Sequence record: DRR723986_623
Length of the DNA: 64,000 bases
Strand: one strand, 5' to 3'
Shown: piece after piece, positions 1-9,122 of the stretch
Layout of the letters: each line of letters opens with the position of its first letter
Position numbering within the stretch: position 1 is the first letter of the stretch
Program-made: the position numbers and the translations under genes
Notes under the pieces: generated by a model
The model's input: the letters and a program-made list of their open reading frames with translations, nothing else
What the model was told of the DNA's origin: nothing
The model's database searches: none

Positions 1-25
1 GGTTCGAGTCCTCTCCTGGGCACCA
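1..25 (+). tRNA. 3' end of a tRNA (T-arm, acceptor strand, CCA), probably tRNA-Leu(CAG); truncated by the window start
   Basis: GGTTCGAGTCC T-loop followed by TCTCCTGGGC-A-CCA. This matches my recollection of the alphaproteobacterial tRNA-Leu(CAG) 3' end; the anticodon is outside the window. Confidence 0.85.
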
Positions 26-105
26 AATTCCGGTTTTGGACAGACTGCCAAGGTCCGAAACAACTCAAAAAAGCTCCGGTTCGCCGGGGCTTTTTTCGTT
101 TCTGG
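10..105 (+). repeat. attL direct repeat
   Basis: Manual alignment to 23859-23953 gives 83/96 identical positions, including one gap. Confidence 0.92.
67..96 (+). terminator. Intrinsic terminator downstream of the tRNA
   Basis: A6-GCTCCGG-ttcg-CCGGGGC-T6 hairpin with a U-tract. Confidence 0.85.
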
Positions 106-129
106 CGTCCGGCGTCGTCCGATGGGGGG

Positions 130-223
130 TGTTGGTATCCGGCGCATTTGTTGGTCTTTTTGTTGGTCTTTGGGCCCTTTATGCCGGTAAGCTGTTGGTC
201 TCTTGATCGTTGCGAGACCAACA
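130..223. promoter_or_regulatory. Integrase arm-type binding repeats (TGTTGGTMT)
   Basis: TGTTGGTATC 130-139, TGTTGGTCTTT 149-159 and 161-171, TGTTGGTCTC 193-202 with an inverted copy GAGACCAACA 214-223. The same motif recurs near attR. Confidence 0.75.
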
Positions 224-1408
224 ATGCCGCTGACCGACGTCCAGATTCGCCGGCTGAAAGCGCCGGAAAAAGAGAAAAAGCTGAGCGATAGCGAAGGCTT
301 GTATCTTCTGCTGAAGCCATCGGGCGGACGCTTGTGGCGCATGGCCTACAGGTTCGCCGGCAAGCAGAAGGCTCTGGCGCTGGGCCAGTACCCGCATGTT
401 GGTCTGCTGGAAGCGCGGCGCAAAAGGGATGCGGCAAAGGCTCTGATCGCCAGGGGCCTCGATCCATCCCAGGAAGCGAAGGCGGAAAAAGCTGAGGCCG
501 CGCTCTCGAACGGGAACACGTTCAACCTTATCGCTGACGAGCTTCTGGAAAAGATGGAACGGGAAGGCCTGGCTAAGACCACGTTGACCAAGCGGCGTTG
601 GCTTCTGGACATGGCAAGGGCGGATCTCGGCAATCGCCCGATCAGGGACATCACGGCTTCTGAAATCCTGATCCCTCTGCGCAAGGTGGAGGCGCTGGGC
701 AACTACGAAACGGCCCGCCGGCTCCGCGCGACTATCGGTCAGGTGTTTCGCTATGCGATCGCGACAGCGCGCGCGGACAATGACCCGACCTTCGGCCTCA
801 AGGGCGCGCTGACGACACCAAAAGTGGTCCACAGGGCCGCAATCACCGACTGGCAGCGCCTGGCAGGTCTCATTCGCTGCATCTGGGACTACGAAGGCTC
901 CTACGAGACGCGCGCCGCACTCAAGCTGATGGCGCTTCTCTATCCGCGTCCCGGCGAGCTGAGGTTTGCCGATTGGACCGAATTCGATCTGAAAAAGGCG
1001 ACCTGGACAATCCCGGCACCCCGGACCAAGATGCGCAGGGAACACAAGAAGCCCTTGCCAGGCGCAGCGGTCGAAATCCTGCAGGACTTACATCAGCTGA
1101 CCGGCCACCGGCCGCTCGTCTTCCCGTCCGTTTCATCTCCCAAGCGCCCCATCAGCGAAAACACCATGAACGCCGCTTTAAGGCGGATGGGCTTCACCAA
1201 GGAAGAGATGACCTCCCATGGCTTCCGGGCGACGGCGTCAACCTTGCTGAACGAGAGCGGCAAGTGGAACCCGGATGCCATCGAGGCAGAGCTCGGGCAT
1301 GTGGGCGCTGATGAAGTGCGAAGGGCCTATCACCGGGCGGCCTATTGGGAGGAGAGGGTGCAGATGGGGGAGTGGTGGGCAGAGAGCCTTCTTGGCCAGT
1401 TGGATTGA
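224..1408 (+). CDS. P4-like tyrosine integrase with N-terminal arm-binding domain
   Basis: MPLTD..IR.LK and D..GLYL...G...W arm domain; catalytic R (YPRPGELR), HGFR, LGH, RRAY. Start placed at ATG 224 rather than 203. Confidence 0.95.
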   Translation: MPLTDVQIRRLKAPEKEKKLSDSEGLYLLLKPSGGRLWRMAYRFAGKQKALALGQYPHVGLLEARRKRDAAKALIARGLDPSQEAKAEKAEAALSNGNTFNLIADELLEKMEREGLAKTTLTKRRWLLDMARADLGNRPIRDITASEILIPLRKVEALGNYETARRLRATIGQVFRYAIATARADNDPTFGLKGALTTPKVVHRAAITDWQRLAGLIRCIWDYEGSYETRAALKLMALLYPRPGELRFADWTEFDLKKATWTIPAPRTKMRREHKKPLPGAAVEILQDLHQLTGHRPLVFPSVSSPKRPISENTMNAALRRMGFTKEEMTSHGFRATASTLLNESGKWNPDAIEAELGHVGADEVRRAYHRAAYWEERVQMGEWWAESLLGQLD

Positions 1409-1438
1409 GTTGCGCCAATTCGAATAGGGAGAAAGTTC

Positions 1439-2035
1439 ATGGAATTGGACGTTTTACATTGGTCTTTAAAAGCTTATTGGACGCTTGAAGAAGCTGCCCA
1501 GATTTGTCTTGGTTTGGAGCCATTGCAGGCGCCTGAGGGCGAATACGCGGGCAATTCAGTGGGGCTTCCGCCGGGTGTGCCGATGGCAGTTGAAGAACTC
1601 TACGATTCGATTTGCCGCGCTCAGGTTATGGGTGATCTCGATTGCCGCGAAGTGAATTCGACGTTTGTTGTTAGACCATTGGCATTGCTGGATTGGTGTT
1701 ATCTACATGGCTACGTTTTTGGCGAGGATCTGGCTTACGAAATTGAAGAGCTAGCTCGAATTAAGGCAGGCGGTAGACCAGCCAAGGCAGGCGATAGTCC
1801 AGTCACCGAACCGAAAGGAAATGATCTAGATTTGAGAGAACGCGAGAGCATGGTGACAATGATTATTGGTATGGCCGTCGCGCGCTACGGATATGATCCA
1901 GAGCTTAAACGAACAGAAACTGCAAAAAAGATTGAAACAGATTTATTGCTTTTGGGACTATCACTAAGCGACGAAACAATCCGTAAATATTTGAAAGAAG
2001 GGAAAGATCTTTTGTCGCGGGACTTAGCCAAATAA
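1439..2035 (+). CDS. Hypothetical protein with putative C-terminal HTH, of the type often found between int and alpA
   Basis: 198-aa ORF with WTLEEAA..LGLEP N-terminus and LSDETIRKYLKEG HTH-like C-terminus. Confidence 0.7.
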   Translation: MELDVLHWSLKAYWTLEEAAQICLGLEPLQAPEGEYAGNSVGLPPGVPMAVEELYDSICRAQVMGDLDCREVNSTFVVRPLALLDWCYLHGYVFGEDLAYEIEELARIKAGGRPAKAGDSPVTEPKGNDLDLRERESMVTMIIGMAVARYGYDPELKRTETAKKIETDLLLLGLSLSDETIRKYLKEGKDLLSRDLAK

Positions 2036-2135
2036 ATTGCGCTACCCAAATTGGTTTAAATGTTAGCCGAATTAGGCCTCAATTTCTGAAGGTCTTCCTA
2101 GAACCGCTTCGTGTTCAATTCAACGAGGTTGTTCC

Positions 2136-2339
2136 ATGTCAGACCAGTTCGAACTCCCCCAAACCGGCTTCCTCCGGTTGAAGTCCATACTAGCTCCCAA
2201 CGGCCCTATTCCGGTCAGCAAGTCCACTTGGTGGGCCGGCGTCAAGGACGGACGGTTTCCTGAGCCCGTTAAGCTCGGTGAGCGGATCACTGTCTGGCGG
2301 GTCGAGGATATCCGCGAGCTTCTGGATAAGCGCGCATGA
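2136..2339 (+). CDS. alpA: AlpA-family regulator / recombination directionality factor
   Basis: FLRL...IPVSKSTWWAGVKDGRFPEPVKLGERITVWRVEDI is the classic AlpA signature; RBS GAGG upstream. Confidence 0.92.
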   Translation: MSDQFELPQTGFLRLKSILAPNGPIPVSKSTWWAGVKDGRFPEPVKLGERITVWRVEDIRELLDKRA

Positions 2340-3244
2340 CCTTCCGAGAAAAGTTTACTCAACAGGAAGCACGAGGGAGCTTGAGGGCTTCCGAAATTGT
2401 GCATATCGCCAGGTGCTCGGGAGGTGTGGTCTATCGTGAAAGCGCGCTCATCCCCGGCCCAGGTCACTCACGGGACGATAGGTCTCTTCATGTAACACCC
2501 AATCAAGACGCACCCCGCGGCTTTCTCGTTCATAGCTACGCCGGTGATGATTGGCGCAACTGCCAGGATTACGTTCTGGCTCTCTTGGGGCGCCGTTCAG
2601 TTGATGCGACAAAATGGCGGAGGCCTTCACATGCTCATTTAGACCGGTTCGAGGTAGACAATATCCGTAAGATCCAGTTTGCCCACCAGATTTGGTCGGA
2701 GGGCATCCCAGCGACGGGCTCGCCGGTCGAAACCTATCTGGCATCTCGAGGCTTGATGATCGAGCCCGAAGTCGCATGTCTGCGCCACCACGCTTCATGT
2801 GTGTTCAAGGGGGAGAAGGTCGAAGCAATGATTGCTCCGATCGTGAATATTCGGACAAACTGCTTTCAGGGGGTTCACAGAACGCGATTGAGCCCCAAGG
2901 ACAAGGCAATGCTTGGGCCCTCAAAGGGCGGCTGTGTGAAATTGAGCGGCGATGATGAAGTCACAGAAGGTCTTCACATTTGTGAGGGCATCGAGACAGG
3001 TCTTGCGCTCCTGCAAGCCGGATTTCGCCCGCTCTGGGTTTGCCTCTCTTCAAGCGGCGTAAGCTCTTTTCCAGTCCTCCGGGGCATCGAATGCCTGACG
3101 ATTTTTGGCGACAATGACTTGAATGGCGCCGGCCTGAAAGCGGCAAGCAATTGTGCAAAACGTTGGCACGGTGCCGGTAAACAGGTCCGTGTTCTTCTGC
3201 CGAAGGATGCTGGTACAGACTTTGCTGACGGGAGGGCGACGTGA
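2336..3244 (+). CDS. Toprim-domain primase-like protein
   Basis: ICEGIETGL, IFGDND..G and DFAD Toprim motifs; YLASRG; ATGA overlap with alpA. Confidence 0.85.
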   Translation: MTFREKFTQQEARGSLRASEIVHIARCSGGVVYRESALIPGPGHSRDDRSLHVTPNQDAPRGFLVHSYAGDDWRNCQDYVLALLGRRSVDATKWRRPSHAHLDRFEVDNIRKIQFAHQIWSEGIPATGSPVETYLASRGLMIEPEVACLRHHASCVFKGEKVEAMIAPIVNIRTNCFQGVHRTRLSPKDKAMLGPSKGGCVKLSGDDEVTEGLHICEGIETGLALLQAGFRPLWVCLSSSGVSSFPVLRGIECLTIFGDNDLNGAGLKAASNCAKRWHGAGKQVRVLLPKDAGTDFADGRAT

Positions 3245-4347
3245 CAAAAATGCTTACTCCTGAACAATGGCAAGCAGAAGTTACCGACAACTACACTGCA
3301 AAGGCCTTGGCTATCAGAGACGCAGGTGGAACGAGGCCCAAGCGTTATTTTGAGACTGTAGATACAAGCACACTTCTGGCGACTGAGTATCCCGAGATTC
3401 GCTGGATCGTGCCTGGCTATCTTCCCGAAGGTTTTGCTGTACTAGCCGGTAGGCAAAAGCTCGGCAAAACATGGTTGGCAATAGATTTGTCGATTGCTGT
3501 GGCAACAGGTGGGTATGCCATGGGCAGTATCGCCTGCGATCCGGGCGACGTGCTCTATATCGACATGGAGAACGGTGAACGGCGCATCAAGAAGCGGTTC
3601 GAGACGCTGTTTCCCAATAATCGGCCCAACTTGTCGCGGCTTGAATGGGCAAAGGAGACAATCTTGCTGAACGCGGGATTCATGGATGCGATTGAAGCGT
3701 GGCGCGTCAATGCATCCGATCCAAGGCTTATTGTCATTGATGTGCTAACGCGGATTAAGCCCGCAGGGTTTCGTTCGCGCAATGCCTACGAAAATGACTA
3801 CGCTGCATTTGCGGGCCTGCAGAATTGGGCGATTGAAAACGGTGTCGCATTGTTGGCATTACACCACACTCGAAAAGGTGGCGCTGAAGACCCGCTCGAG
3901 GCTCTGTCCGGATCAAATGGGCTCTCGGCCGTGGCTGATACAACGCTGGTGTTAGATCGGAATTCGAACGGCTTCACACTATATGGTCGAGGTCGTGACG
4001 TACCTGAAAAAGAAACGGCTTTGAGTTTTGACGGTGGTCACTGGACCATACAGGGTGAAGCATCGGACGTTCACCGTTCGGAAGAGCGCTGTAAGATCAT
4101 TTCTGCTCTTCGCAATTCGACAGAAGCTTTAGCGCCAAAAGTCATCTCAGATGTTACCGGCATGAAGCCCGGTAATGTTCGCGTGCTTCTGAACAAGATG
4201 GTGGCGGCCGGCGAGGTGGGGAAAACCGGGCGCGGCATGTATTGTCATCCAGAAAACACACCTCTTGGTGCCGATGGTTCCGATACCTACACCCCCGTTA
4301 ACAACGGTAACTTCAATAACAATTCACCAAACACTGCTGTTCCATGA
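3241..4347 (+). CDS. AAA_25/RepA-type replicative helicase with C-terminal winged helix
   Basis: Walker A GRQKLGKT, VLYIDME, LIVID, HHTRK, SGS motifs; GTGA overlap with the primase gene. Confidence 0.88.
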   Translation: MTKMLTPEQWQAEVTDNYTAKALAIRDAGGTRPKRYFETVDTSTLLATEYPEIRWIVPGYLPEGFAVLAGRQKLGKTWLAIDLSIAVATGGYAMGSIACDPGDVLYIDMENGERRIKKRFETLFPNNRPNLSRLEWAKETILLNAGFMDAIEAWRVNASDPRLIVIDVLTRIKPAGFRSRNAYENDYAAFAGLQNWAIENGVALLALHHTRKGGAEDPLEALSGSNGLSAVADTTLVLDRNSNGFTLYGRGRDVPEKETALSFDGGHWTIQGEASDVHRSEERCKIISALRNSTEALAPKVISDVTGMKPGNVRVLLNKMVAAGEVGKTGRGMYCHPENTPLGADGSDTYTPVNNGNFNNNSPNTAVP

Positions 4348-4444
4348 GCTCAGCCACGGGCAAAGTTAGCGATGTTACCGATGTTATTGCCCTTTGGCCG
4401 CATGCGGGCTGTGGAGAAAACCCCAGAAGCGTGTCTGAGACCTT

Positions 4445-4987
4445 ATGCAAAAGGAAGACAAAGACGTGTCAAAGGATATCGAGAAGCAAGAACCCAAACC
4501 TAGGCGTAAACCGATAACGGTCCTTGATGACGGACACGTAGAAGTCAGAAGTCGGGAGCCAGGTGCGCCTTTGTTTGGTTCGTTTGATGACGATTTCATC
4601 AAGGTATTGACAGTGAACATTCTGGCAATCGCAAACAAGGATACCGATGCTCCACAACAAGGAGTGAGCGCCTTCGTCGCGTCCATAGTCGAGGGTATTG
4701 ACCCGCGGGATCAGGTCGAGGCCATGCTGGCAACGCATATGGCGGCAACACACTTTGCGATCATGCAGGCTAGTCGTTGGCTGCTCCATGGCAATACAGA
4801 CATCAAAAGCGTGGACAGCGCTGAGCGTGCCTTCAACAAGTTATCTCGAACCTACGCCGCGCAAATGGAGGCGTTGAAGCGTTACCGGTCCAATTCTGTC
4901 AGTGTCCGTGATGTCAACGTGGCCGATGGCGGCCAGGCAATCGTCGGCAACGTGACTGTCGGGAAATCCGAAAATGACAAAAGTTGA
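4445..4987 (+). CDS. Conserved-type hypothetical protein (PRDQVEAMLA...GGQAIVGNV family)
   Basis: 180-aa ORF overlapping the downstream HGGxSTG-like gene; a motif pair I recognise from integrative elements. Confidence 0.7.
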   Translation: MQKEDKDVSKDIEKQEPKPRRKPITVLDDGHVEVRSREPGAPLFGSFDDDFIKVLTVNILAIANKDTDAPQQGVSAFVASIVEGIDPRDQVEAMLATHMAATHFAIMQASRWLLHGNTDIKSVDSAERAFNKLSRTYAAQMEALKRYRSNSVSVRDVNVADGGQAIVGNVTVGKSENDKS

Positions 4988-5225
4988 CGTATACCCCATG
5001 CACAGTGCGCCGCGTTGCGCTGCCCGATCGAAGAGAACTGGCAAGCCGTGTCGAAATCCGGCAGTTAATGGATGGTCCGTCTGCCGTATGCACGGCGCTC
5101 GCGGCGGTTCCATGTCTGGAAAGGACTGTCCGGCCTACAAACACGGCGGACGCACCAAAGAAGCCGAGCAATTACGTAAACTGTCAAATGACCTGACGCG
5201 GCTTATGCGAGATTTTGGTCGCTGA
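4974..5225 (+). CDS. HGGxSTG-domain-like small protein
   Basis: RCAARSKRTGKPCRNPAV...CRMHGARGG...YKHG. Confidence 0.8.
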   Translation: MTKVDVYPMHSAPRCAARSKRTGKPCRNPAVNGWSVCRMHGARGGSMSGKDCPAYKHGGRTKEAEQLRKLSNDLTRLMRDFGR

Positions 5226-5312
5226 ACCTTTTTGTCTGAAGTCGGACTACGGGTGGTAAGGGAACTCTGACTTTAGCCAAGCCTCATCTGAATGTCTCAA
5301 CCACTTCCCGCA

Positions 5313-8300
5313 TCACTTCACCACCTTCTCCTCAAATCCCAGCGTATTGGCGTTCTCGATCAGGGTCCGGACCTTTCCGCGATCGAGCCCGGATGAAACC
5401 TCAGCGTCAATTTCAAGGCGCAGGGTAACGTCGGCTCCTGGGAGGGTGGTCAGCTGTTCGATGATGGCTTCCACGATCTGTCCCATATCCCGGGCTGGCC
5501 GGTCCTGGGATAGCAACACGGAACCAATAAAGCGGGTCGGCTTGGTTTCAACAGGTGCCTCGAGCAGAGTTCCACCGCCGAGCGTTGGATGTTGACCGCC
5601 GATGGGCGTTGCACCTTCTTCCCATCCCGACCCGGTAACGGTGTTACCGCCAAACCCTGTCGTGTCGGGAGCTTCCGCCGGCTTCGGACGATGGGCTTCG
5701 GCGACGTCCGGGCGGATGATGACGCTCTCGCTATCGATTGTGACCAACGCAGAGCCGCTTTGGTCGATCGCCAAACCTTCATAGGTCTCGCTTGCCGGGT
5801 CGAAGCGCTCAGCATAGGTGAATTTGCCGCCGACCAGACCGGAAATGGCCGCCTGCACCGCCTTGATCAGGGCGTCGCGGTTTTTGAGGCGCGGCAGATA
5901 AGGATAGCGATTGACGTATTCCCAGACGTCTTTCAGATGCAGGTGCGGCTTGTCGTGCCAGACAAAGGCCTCCAGCTTGCCATTCAGACGGTTGGGGCCG
6001 ATCTCCGGGAACAGCGCTTCTTCTGCGACGAGCTTCTGGCTTGCCTTGAATAGCAGGCCATCCTGGGCAGCAAGCTTTGCAGACGAGAACTCGACATCAG
6101 TCTGTGCGCTTTCCTGGTAAGGGTAGATGAGATAGCACCATGCCTCTTTGAGGCGTGTCTTCACCGTATCCTCAGCCTCGCGCTGTTTGTCTTTCGCCAT
6201 CGCGAGCTGACTGGCTTTGAGATCTAAACGGCCGGTTTCGGCATCACGCAGAATGTGGCCCCAGGCCATCTTTACGCGCATCGCATCCGACAGGAGGTCA
6301 AGCTGCCGTTTGTCGGCTGCAAGAAACACTAGCGTGTTGCGATAGACCCGTGGAGTGCTGCCACGTTGCATGAAGATGTCTTTTGCCAATACCGCAGCGT
6401 CAGAGCCGTCGCGGCCAGCATGCGGGTGCGCAACTCCCAAAACAACGGCGCGAACACCGCCCGGCTCATCTGGAACATCCGCAGAGCTGTCTGGCGCAAC
6501 CTGAACCGTTTCGAAGTGCCCCCGGTCCCCAAGTCCGTTGATGTAGACGCCGAGCGCCTTGTCGATCTCATTCAGGACAAGTGCTTCTTCAAGCTGGCTT
6601 GCACGGTCGGCGGCTGTTCTGTTGAGGCTCGCAGCTGTTGAATACCAGTGGCGCCCGTTATCGGCATGCATGAACCGGGCCTGGTTCGACAGCCGTCTCA
6701 GGGCATCGCTGAATGTGGCGATCCGCTCGCCAGGCTGCACGACCCCGAGATTGATCCTCTTGTCGTCAAGCCCTGCATTCTGCTGGCCTTCCAGCGGGGC
6801 CGTCCCCATGAAGACGGTTCGGGCGACCCGACGCGTGGCAGAGTAGCGGTTCAGCGTGGGCGCGCTTTGGTCGATCCGGTAAGGCACGGAATCGGTGCCG
6901 TCGATGTCGCCGGCGATGATGTTCTGCCATTGGACGGGCAGATAATGAAGCAACTCCGATTCAACACGGGATGCGCCAATGGCGACACTGCCAGGCATGA
7001 TCATGACCGAGGGATCACCTGCCATCCAGAGCTCGTGAATTACCTGAGCCATGAACCGCAACACGCCCCGGGTGCGCTGAAATTTATCCAGAGTGCCCCA
7101 AGTCGTATAGAGCTGATCGAATAGCTCCGGATGGATGGGATAGGCCTTTTCCAGCTTCCGGCGGTAGTCCTCTTCGGTGCAGGATTTTGGAAATTCGTTG
7201 GTGTTGTCTCTGTAGAGCGCAGCAAACTTTTTCAGCGTGTTGTCGCGATGACGGTAGTTCTCGCCCGAGATTTCTTTGAACAGGCGCCTACGGACGATCT
7301 CGTAGCTTTCTTCCTGGCTTGCCGGGCGCCAGGAGCTCTCCACGCGGCTGAAGGTCTGCTTCAGGCGTTCAAGAGCTTCCTGGCCGCCTTCGCCGCCAAC
7401 TTCGATCTGGGACGCCGGCAGCGACGCCACCAGCAACGTGCCTGGGCTGGCCTTCACGGCTTCGGTCAGGGACTGAACAAACGAAATGTTGGAGTCGAAC
7501 GAGCCTGACGGCAGTCCGTCCCGCTTGTAGATCTGCCGGAGATACGCCACCCACTCATCGATCAGAATCAGGCAGGGCGCACATTTGCGGAAGAGATCTT
7601 CCAGAAGGTTCGATCCGGGCGCGATGCCATCCCGGTCGTGCTCAGCGACGAGTGCGTAGCCATCTTCTCCGCCAAGCTGATAGGCCAGCTCACCCCAGGT
7701 CGTGCGGATCTCGCGGCCGTAGTCCTTTTGACGGGCGGCGGTGTCCGCCGGGCCATAAGAGGTGCCGACAAGAACGGCGCGGTTAATCGGGGCAGGGACG
7801 TCCAGCCCCGCTCCGGAAAGCAACTGGTCCAGCCCTGGCAGATCGGCGACCTGCGTTCCGCCTGCCATATGGTAGAGCGCTAACATGGAGTGGGTCTTGC
7901 CACCGCCGAAATTGGTCTGCAATTCGACGACCGGATCGCCTCCTTGCTGCGACAACCGCTTGGCAGCGCCGACAAGAAGACTGCTGAGCCCGTCGGTCAG
8001 ATAGGTGCGGCTGAAGAATTCGCGGGCGTCACGGTATTCAACCGGCGCGCTGCCATTGTGAACCTTGGCAAGATCCGCGGCGAACTCGGCCTGCTGGAAT
8101 TCGCCTGTGGCCACGTCCTGGTGCGGCTCAACCACCTCGCGCCAGGGTTTCAGACCGGCTTCGGTTTCCGTGGCGATGGCCGTTGCCTGGCTTCGCTTGC
8201 GGTCCTCATTGCGGGCAAGCTCGGCAAACTTGGTTCTGAGGATCGCCTCGCGCATCTTGCCGATCTCGGCTGCGCTGTCACCGGCACTGACCGCTTCCAG

Positions 8301-8651
8301 GAGCCGGCGCATGGAATCGAGCGCGCGCTCGGCATCGTCATAGGTGAACTTGCCGTCATGGGCGAGTTTGTTGCGGGCATCAACCAGCTCATTGACGATG
8401 GACCTATGTGTCCGATCCAGCGAATCCCGGAAGCAGTCGTTCCAGAAGCGTTCCATGGTCTTCAGCAGCTTCTGGGTGTCGAAATGGATTTCCTTTTCGA
8501 AATCCCGGCGCCAGTCCGGAAACCGGTCCAGCAGCTCCTTTGACCAGCCATCACCAAGTTTTGCCTTCAGTTCGCGCAGGATGAAGGGCTGAAGCCCTTC
8601 CTGCATATGCTCCATGCCTTCAAAAACATATTGGCGCGCGGTCTTGGCCAT
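5313..8651 (-). CDS. Swt1-like HEPN domain fused to DUF499 AAA+ ATPase
   Basis: N-terminal RNKLAH (HEPN R-X4-H); LKPWREVVEPH.DV..G, FAADL, Walker A LQTNFGGGKTH, Walker B LILIDEW, AYPIHPE, FQRTRGVLR. Confidence 0.9.
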   Translation of the reverse strand: MAKTARQYVFEGMEHMQEGLQPFILRELKAKLGDGWSKELLDRFPDWRRDFEKEIHFDTQKLLKTMERFWNDCFRDSLDRTHRSIVNELVDARNKLAHDGKFTYDDAERALDSMRRLLEAVSAGDSAAEIGKMREAILRTKFAELARNEDRKRSQATAIATETEAGLKPWREVVEPHQDVATGEFQQAEFAADLAKVHNGSAPVEYRDAREFFSRTYLTDGLSSLLVGAAKRLSQQGGDPVVELQTNFGGGKTHSMLALYHMAGGTQVADLPGLDQLLSGAGLDVPAPINRAVLVGTSYGPADTAARQKDYGREIRTTWGELAYQLGGEDGYALVAEHDRDGIAPGSNLLEDLFRKCAPCLILIDEWVAYLRQIYKRDGLPSGSFDSNISFVQSLTEAVKASPGTLLVASLPASQIEVGGEGGQEALERLKQTFSRVESSWRPASQEESYEIVRRRLFKEISGENYRHRDNTLKKFAALYRDNTNEFPKSCTEEDYRRKLEKAYPIHPELFDQLYTTWGTLDKFQRTRGVLRFMAQVIHELWMAGDPSVMIMPGSVAIGASRVESELLHYLPVQWQNIIAGDIDGTDSVPYRIDQSAPTLNRYSATRRVARTVFMGTAPLEGQQNAGLDDKRINLGVVQPGERIATFSDALRRLSNQARFMHADNGRHWYSTAASLNRTAADRASQLEEALVLNEIDKALGVYINGLGDRGHFETVQVAPDSSADVPDEPGGVRAVVLGVAHPHAGRDGSDAAVLAKDIFMQRGSTPRVYRNTLVFLAADKRQLDLLSDAMRVKMAWGHILRDAETGRLDLKASQLAMAKDKQREAEDTVKTRLKEAWCYLIYPYQESAQTDVEFSSAKLAAQDGLLFKASQKLVAEEALFPEIGPNRLNGKLEAFVWHDKPHLHLKDVWEYVNRYPYLPRLKNRDALIKAVQAAISGLVGGKFTYAERFDPASETYEGLAIDQSGSALVTIDSESVIIRPDVAEAHRPKPAEAPDTTGFGGNTVTGSGWEEGATPIGGQHPTLGGGTLLEAPVETKPTRFIGSVLLSQDRPARDMGQIVEAIIEQLTTLPGADVTLRLEIDAEVSSGLDRGKVRTLIENANTLGFEEKVVK

Positions 8652-8719
8652 CCTGAATTCCCGGTCGTTTCAAATCGTTGGTATGATTGCGAAAAGTTGC
8701 AATATCAGTTCGTTGCACG

Positions 8720-9085
8720 TCAGGACTTCGTGGTCCAGACATATTCGTAGGCTAGGCCACTGATGCTGCCGGAGCGAACTTTTGCGACAAGACCTTCATC
8801 CGGAACGGACTTTGCAAAGACGGCAATGTCATAGGCCTTCAGGTAAGGCTGGCCGTGAGGCTTCTTGTCCTTGTGCTTCTGGCAGACCTTCACTGTGGCA
8901 ATGAACCGGGTTCCGATCGGAAACATCTCGCGCAGCTTCCGCGGAAACTCGACACGTGTTTCTGCCCGAAAGCCGGTGAGAGGACGCACCCGAGGACGGG
9001 AGACACTGCTGTCAAGGCAAGTCTCCAGATCAATGTTGCCGAAGAACCGGCCCACATACTGTTCGAGATCCTCTGTTTTCTGCAT
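8720..9085 (-). CDS. Hypothetical protein, beta-rich (possible OB-like fold)
   Basis: 121-aa ORF co-oriented inside the operon, filling the gap between the methylase and DUF499 genes. Confidence 0.7.
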   Translation of the reverse strand: MQKTEDLEQYVGRFFGNIDLETCLDSSVSRPRVRPLTGFRAETRVEFPRKLREMFPIGTRFIATVKVCQKHKDKKPHGQPYLKAYDIAVFAKSVPDEGLVAKVRSGSISGLAYEYVWTTKS

Positions 9086-9122
9086 GACGTCTCACCCCGC
9101 CGTATCTTTCTTTGATCGCGCC

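Noticed and set aside
179-1045. 288-aa ORF antisense to the integrase, and similar long antisense ORFs (11220-12212, 27969-29120, 36402-37655, 39453-40514, 42300-43778, 52875-53882)
   Set aside because: Shadow frames of well-supported genes in GC-rich DNA; no recognisable motifs.
224-5225. Prophage or ICE
   Set aside because: No capsid, portal, large terminase, tail, relaxase or T4SS genes between the att sites.
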